Assembly: GCA_040882355.1 (NCBI GenBank)
Contig: JBBEBM010000027.1
Location: 1-34,287, forward strand
Direction: 5' to 3'
From: Dehalococcoidia bacterium
GTDB lineage: Bacteria > Chloroflexota > Dehalococcoidia > DSTF01 > RBG-16-68-14
Length of the DNA: 34,287 bases
In this document: positions 33,623-34,287 of the stretch, one piece after another
Layout of the letters: every line of letters starts with the position of its first letter
Numbering within the stretch: the stretch's first letter is position 1
The notes under the pieces: model-generated
Told to the model about the DNA's origin: nothing
The model's database searches: none
What the model saw: the letters and a program-made list of their open reading frames with translations, nothing else
Program-made: the position numbers and the translations under genes

Positions 33623-34287
33623 ATGGCAGTCGACCAAGATACTCTCCAGATGCTCCGTTCGGAGCCCGACGCGCCCGAGCTCGACCTGAGCTGGCTGGAG
33701 CCGGGCACCGAGTGGGGCGTTCGCGCTACGCCGGGCCGCCGCGGCCTCACTCTCGACGAGATCAACATCGGCTCGTACGGCCAGGTGCCCGCCGAGAGCG
33801 CGACATGGGACATGCGTCCTCGTGGCGCGGCCACCCGCGACGCGGTGCCGCGTGTGGGCTACTACGTTCATAGCAAGGCGGACACCTGGTCGGACAACGC
33901 CTCGATGCTGTACGAGGAGGCGGTGCAGCGCCAGTGGTCGTCCGCGACGGACATCCCCTGGGACGAGCTGCGGCCGCTCCCGGACCGCGTCGAACGGGCG
34001 ATGTGCCAGTTCTGCACGTTCCTCACCGAAGTCGAGTTCATCGCCGGGGACGTGCCCGCGCAGTGGCTGAGCAAGATCAGCAACGAGCACTATGAAACGA
34101 AGCTCTTCCTCGCGTCGCAGGTAATGGACGAGGCGCGCCACCTGGACGTCTTCCGGAAGCGCGCGTTGGCGAACGGCGGCGGGCTGCTGATCAGCAGCGG
34201 CAACGCCGGTCTGCGCATCGTGATGGACTCGAAGGACTTCACCGAGATGTCGTCGATCCTGCACGTGCAGGGCGAGGGCCTGGTGCA
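33623..34287 (+). CDS. Ferritin-like diiron-carboxylate protein (partial, runs off the window; absent from the ORF track)
   Basis: AGGAGGAG SD; open frame from ATG 33623: MAVDQDTL...LYEEAVQRQWSSATDIPW...FLTEVE...SQVMDEARHLDVFRKRA...GEGLV; ExxH ligand motif. Confidence 0.85.
   Translation, partial: MAVDQDTLQMLRSEPDAPELDLSWLEPGTEWGVRATPGRRGLTLDEINIGSYGQVPAESATWDMRPRGAATRDAVPRVGYYVHSKADTWSDNASMLYEEAVQRQWSSATDIPWDELRPLPDRVERAMCQFCTFLTEVEFIAGDVPAQWLSKISNEHYETKLFLASQVMDEARHLDVFRKRALANGGGLLISSGNAGLRIVMDSKDFTEMSSILHVQGEGLV

Overview
High-GC bacterial chromosomal segment, most likely Chloroflexota (Dehalococcoidia-like). This taxon is inferred from gene content and a long Bacillus-type SRP RNA. The window is mostly housekeeping genes: moeA, pheS-pheT, infC-rpmI-rplT, a tRNA nucleotidyltransferase, an exonuclease-DinG fusion, yabE-like/rsmA/ispE, SRP RNA, tRNA-Pro(CGG) and greA. 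These are interleaved with lineage-specific surface and regulatory genes. The right third is a probable catabolic cluster: SDR, two alpha/beta hydrolases, a Tat-lipoprotein ABC importer with no ATPase gene, an LLM oxidoreductase and a truncated ferritin-like diiron protein. I see no transposase, integrase, prophage or CRISPR array. The most unusual observations are: (1) two unrelated secreted proteins sharing a Cys-bracketed dockerin-like module; (2) a small bacterial Cys4-His-Cys3 PHD-finger-like protein coupled to the tRNA nucleotidyltransferase gene; (3) a membrane-anchored LuxR-HTH sensor with a candidate operator palindrome; (4) a ~137-bp MITE/REP-like structured element, plus a heptamer repeat family that forms inverted arrays; (5) a terminator hairpin in the greA leader; (6) a TPR plus HIRAN-like protein. 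All calls come from reading motifs by eye; no database searches were run.
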